Assembly: GCF_009914755.1 (NCBI RefSeq)
Contig: NC_060941.1
Length of the DNA stretch: 64,000 nucleotides
Reading direction: 5' to 3' (one strand)
DNA from: the human T2T-CHM13v2.0 reference genome, Homo sapiens
Position 1 is the first letter of the stretch, and every line of letters starts with the position of its first letter. The translations under genes were made by a program, and so were the position numbers. The notes under the pieces are model-generated. The model was not told where the DNA came from. It worked only from the letters and a program-made list of their open reading frames with translations, and ran no database searches. Of the stretch, positions 60,791 to 64,000 are shown piece after piece.

Positions 60791-62424
60791 GTGGGTGGTT
60801 GCTCGGGTGAGGGAGTCGGACTTCTCACAGCCTTGCTGGGAGGGTCTACGTCAGCTAGGCCATTTCTCCAGAAAATGATCAAACTACTCCCCAGGGCGGA
60901 AAGCCCCTCATTCTTAGAACCAGGCTTCAGGCCCAGGTCCCTTGGGAGCAGCAGGCGGCAGCACCACTAACCACTGGGTCCAGAGACCCATCAGGTCAGC
61001 AGCCGGGGTGCTCTGAGAGGGTGGGACCAGTTCCTCTCTTTTGGTTAGTCCAGCTGGTTGTCCACTCTCTCGAGCCCTGGGGAAGAGGATTTGGCCTAAT
61101 TCCTCCCTCTACCACCCTCCCCTCCCAAATCCCTGAGGCTAACCCAGTGCTTGGCCCACAGAAGGCACCAATGAGGTGGTTATTAGATTGTTTGCACTTG
61201 TTTAGGGCTTACTCTAGACCAGGCAGTGTTCCAAGTGCTTTGCATGTCCTGGGTTATCTGTCCCTCACAACTCCCTATGAGGTGGGTAGTATTACAGATG
61301 AGGAAACTGAGCCACCACAGGTGAACTCACTGGCCACATGTCACCTGGGATTCAAGCCCAGGCAGCAGGGATTCACCTGGGATTCAAGCTCGGATGGGGC
61401 GGGGTCACTGCAGGCTGGGAAGGCAGACAGAACAGTCAGGACACATGCTGAGCCCTGGAGCCTGGGTCCCCTCTCCAGGAACGAGGGGTTGTGACATGAG
61501 CACAACTGGAGCAGAGCCAGGAGGTAGGGCCTGCAGCTCTGCTCACAGCCATGCGGGGCAGAAGAGAGGACCAAGAAGGGTGGCAGCTCCACTGTGGCTC
61601 AGCCTGGCTGGCTGGACTGTGCCTTAAAGTGGGCTGAGGGGGTCAACCCTGCACCAAGTCCACTGGGAGCGGTTGGGGGCTCCAGGGCCCAGGACCTCTG
61701 TAGCCAGCTTGAAGCCAGACCTCCCTGGAACTAACGAGGTGACTGGGATTAGGGCTGCAGGAAGTTCCCCTCACTCTCCTGCCACCCCTGGTTCAGGTCT
61801 GGCTCTCACTTCAAACTCCAAGCTCTGACTTTGGTATCAGGCTTTGTCTTAGGCTCCATACTGGTGTGGCCTTTGGGTTTAAAAAGGAGCTAGAGTTTCT
61901 GAAAGGCCCAAACCCAGGGTGCAGAGGTGCTGAATTATGAGCCTACTTCCTACAGCCTGCTTGACAGCACCAAGCCCACGGGAGCTTGTGGACTCTTGGC
62001 CCTTGCTTTCTAGCCCAGCTGGCCCCTCCAGGGAGAAATACCTTTTCCAGCTCTGCCACCACTTGGCCATGGTTTCAGGGTTGGCTTTCCCAGCTTACCC
62101 AGGTCAGCAGGCAGCCCCTGACCAAAAGGTGGACTTTGCCAAGCTCTGGCAGAGCCTGGGCCAGACCCTCAGACCTTGGTTCTGCAGTTGGGGGGCTATG
62201 AGCGTGGGCTCTGAAGGCCATCAGGGCTGGAAGGAACGTGGGAGAGTATCTGCTCCAAATACTCCCACTAGTGAGCCCTCAAGATGAGACCATTTTTTGA
62301 GGTGGGGCAGAGACAAAGGAGACCCACTTTGTATCTCTTTACATCTTTGTAAAGATTGAACCCAGCCCCAGGACTGAGTTCAATTTGTGTCTACTCTCAA
62401 AGTCACAGAGCCAGTGAATGACAG

Positions 62425-63172
62425 GTGTGATACAGTCTCCAAAGACAAGTACCATGGATTTATTCCCTCCCTGGGTGCAGGCCACTATTCCACTGAGAGG
62501 TGAAGTTTATTCTTCACCTCTTTGAATCTGGGCTAATTCTGTGACTGCTTTGATGAATAGATGCAAAAATGCATCACTTGAGGCAGAAGTGACATTCTGG
62601 GACTTTTTTTTTTTAGACGAAGTTTTGCTCTTCTTGTCCAGGATGGAGTGCAATGGCGTGATCTCGGCTCACTGGGTTCAGGCAATTCTCCTGCCTCAGC
62701 CTCCTGAGTAGCTGGGATTACAGGCATCCACCACCATGCCCGGCTAATTTTTTGTGTTTTTAATAGAGACAGAGTTTCTCCATGTTGGCCAGGCTAGTCT
62801 CAAACTTCTGACCTCAGGTGATCCACCTGCCTCAGCCTCCCAAAGTGCTGGGATTACAGGTGAGAGCCACTGCGCCCGGCCCATTCTGGGACTTCTGAGC
62901 TCTAACCTTAAGAAGATCAGCAGCTTCTGCGTCCTTCCTCTTAAAATGCACCTTCTTGGAAAACCCAGCTGTGAGGAATCTCAAACAGCCACGTGGAGAA
63001 CTGAGGCCCCAGCCAAGACTAGCAGGAGAGTGAGGCCATCCCAAATCCCCAGCAACCACCAGATGAAGCAGAACTGCCTGGTCAACCCACAGAGCCATGG
63101 AAAACAATAAAGTTGTTATTTTAAGATCTAAATGTTGGGGTAGTTGATTAGACACAGCAGTAGGTACCTGAA
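62425..63172. mobile_element. MLT1-type LTR interrupted by an antisense Alu (~62604-62881)
   Basis: tttgaatctgggct...gtgactgctttga...ccacgtggaga..ctgaggcccc...aataaagttgttattttaag; Alu TSD cattctgggactt. Confidence 0.75.
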
Positions 63173-63288
63173 ACACCAGGGCCTCCAGTTTCCTCTCCAC
63201 CAGGCTTCCTCTCAGAAGATCCCCCATCCCAGAAGGAATCCAGCCTGGTTGACAGAGCCCAGACCCTGTCTCTAAATAAATGAATAAA

Positions 63289-63665
<377 letters not shown>

Positions 63666-64000
63666 TTAGACCTTTTCTGGTGGCTGTGAAATTTGATCAA
63701 AGGGAAAAGTGTCAGTTGTTACTGTACCAAAGGCAGAAGGGTCAAGCTGGCATTTCATTCCGCTGTTCACTTTAGCAGTGGATAATGAATCTTGCTCAAT
63801 GTATAATTAACACAGGGCTGTAGCTAACGGCTAACTCTCCCATTTTGTAGATGAGGAAACAGACTAAATGGAGGCTGAAGGGACACTGTACATGGCCTCT
63901 GCCAAAGTTACCCTGCATCACTAACTTTTGCCTACTCCATACAAATAACCAGCAGCCCACAAACCTAGAATGGAAAGGTGTGTAAGCTGTATATGGCCTC

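Overview
Primate (almost certainly human) genomic DNA rich in Alu, MIR, L2 and L1 repeats. It holds the 3' two-thirds of RAB11FIP4 (Rab11 family-interacting protein 4) on the + strand. A CpG-island internal promoter (~6.9-8.3 kb) carries an alternative first coding exon (MRTPPALGSQ, 7589-7618). Twelve shared coding exons follow (37428-51494), then a ~6.5 kb 3'UTR ending at AATAAA 57951 that contains the MIR4724 hairpin. Hand-splicing gives an intact 1608-nt ORF (535 aa, the short isoform without the EF-hand region) with GT-AG introns throughout. The 5' exons of the long isoform lie upstream of the window. Exon numbers (4-15) and gene and repeat names come from recognition, not from a database search. 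I found no new protein-coding system. The best candidates for undescribed biology are at the RNA level. (i) Exon 9 starts with GTAAGC, so splicing rebuilds a consensus donor; re-splicing there would give an immediate stop codon, a possible EJC-gated off-switch. (ii) The miR-4724 hairpin has a competing anti-strand/self-seed site just upstream and sits in the loop of an inverted Alu pair. There are also several clear genome-evolution events: a 250-bp templated copy that splits a MIR, an Alu tail expanded into a ~410-bp AT quasi-palindrome, twin retro-insertions at one site, a very young AluYa5, a MER51 solo LTR and a 7SL retrocopy.
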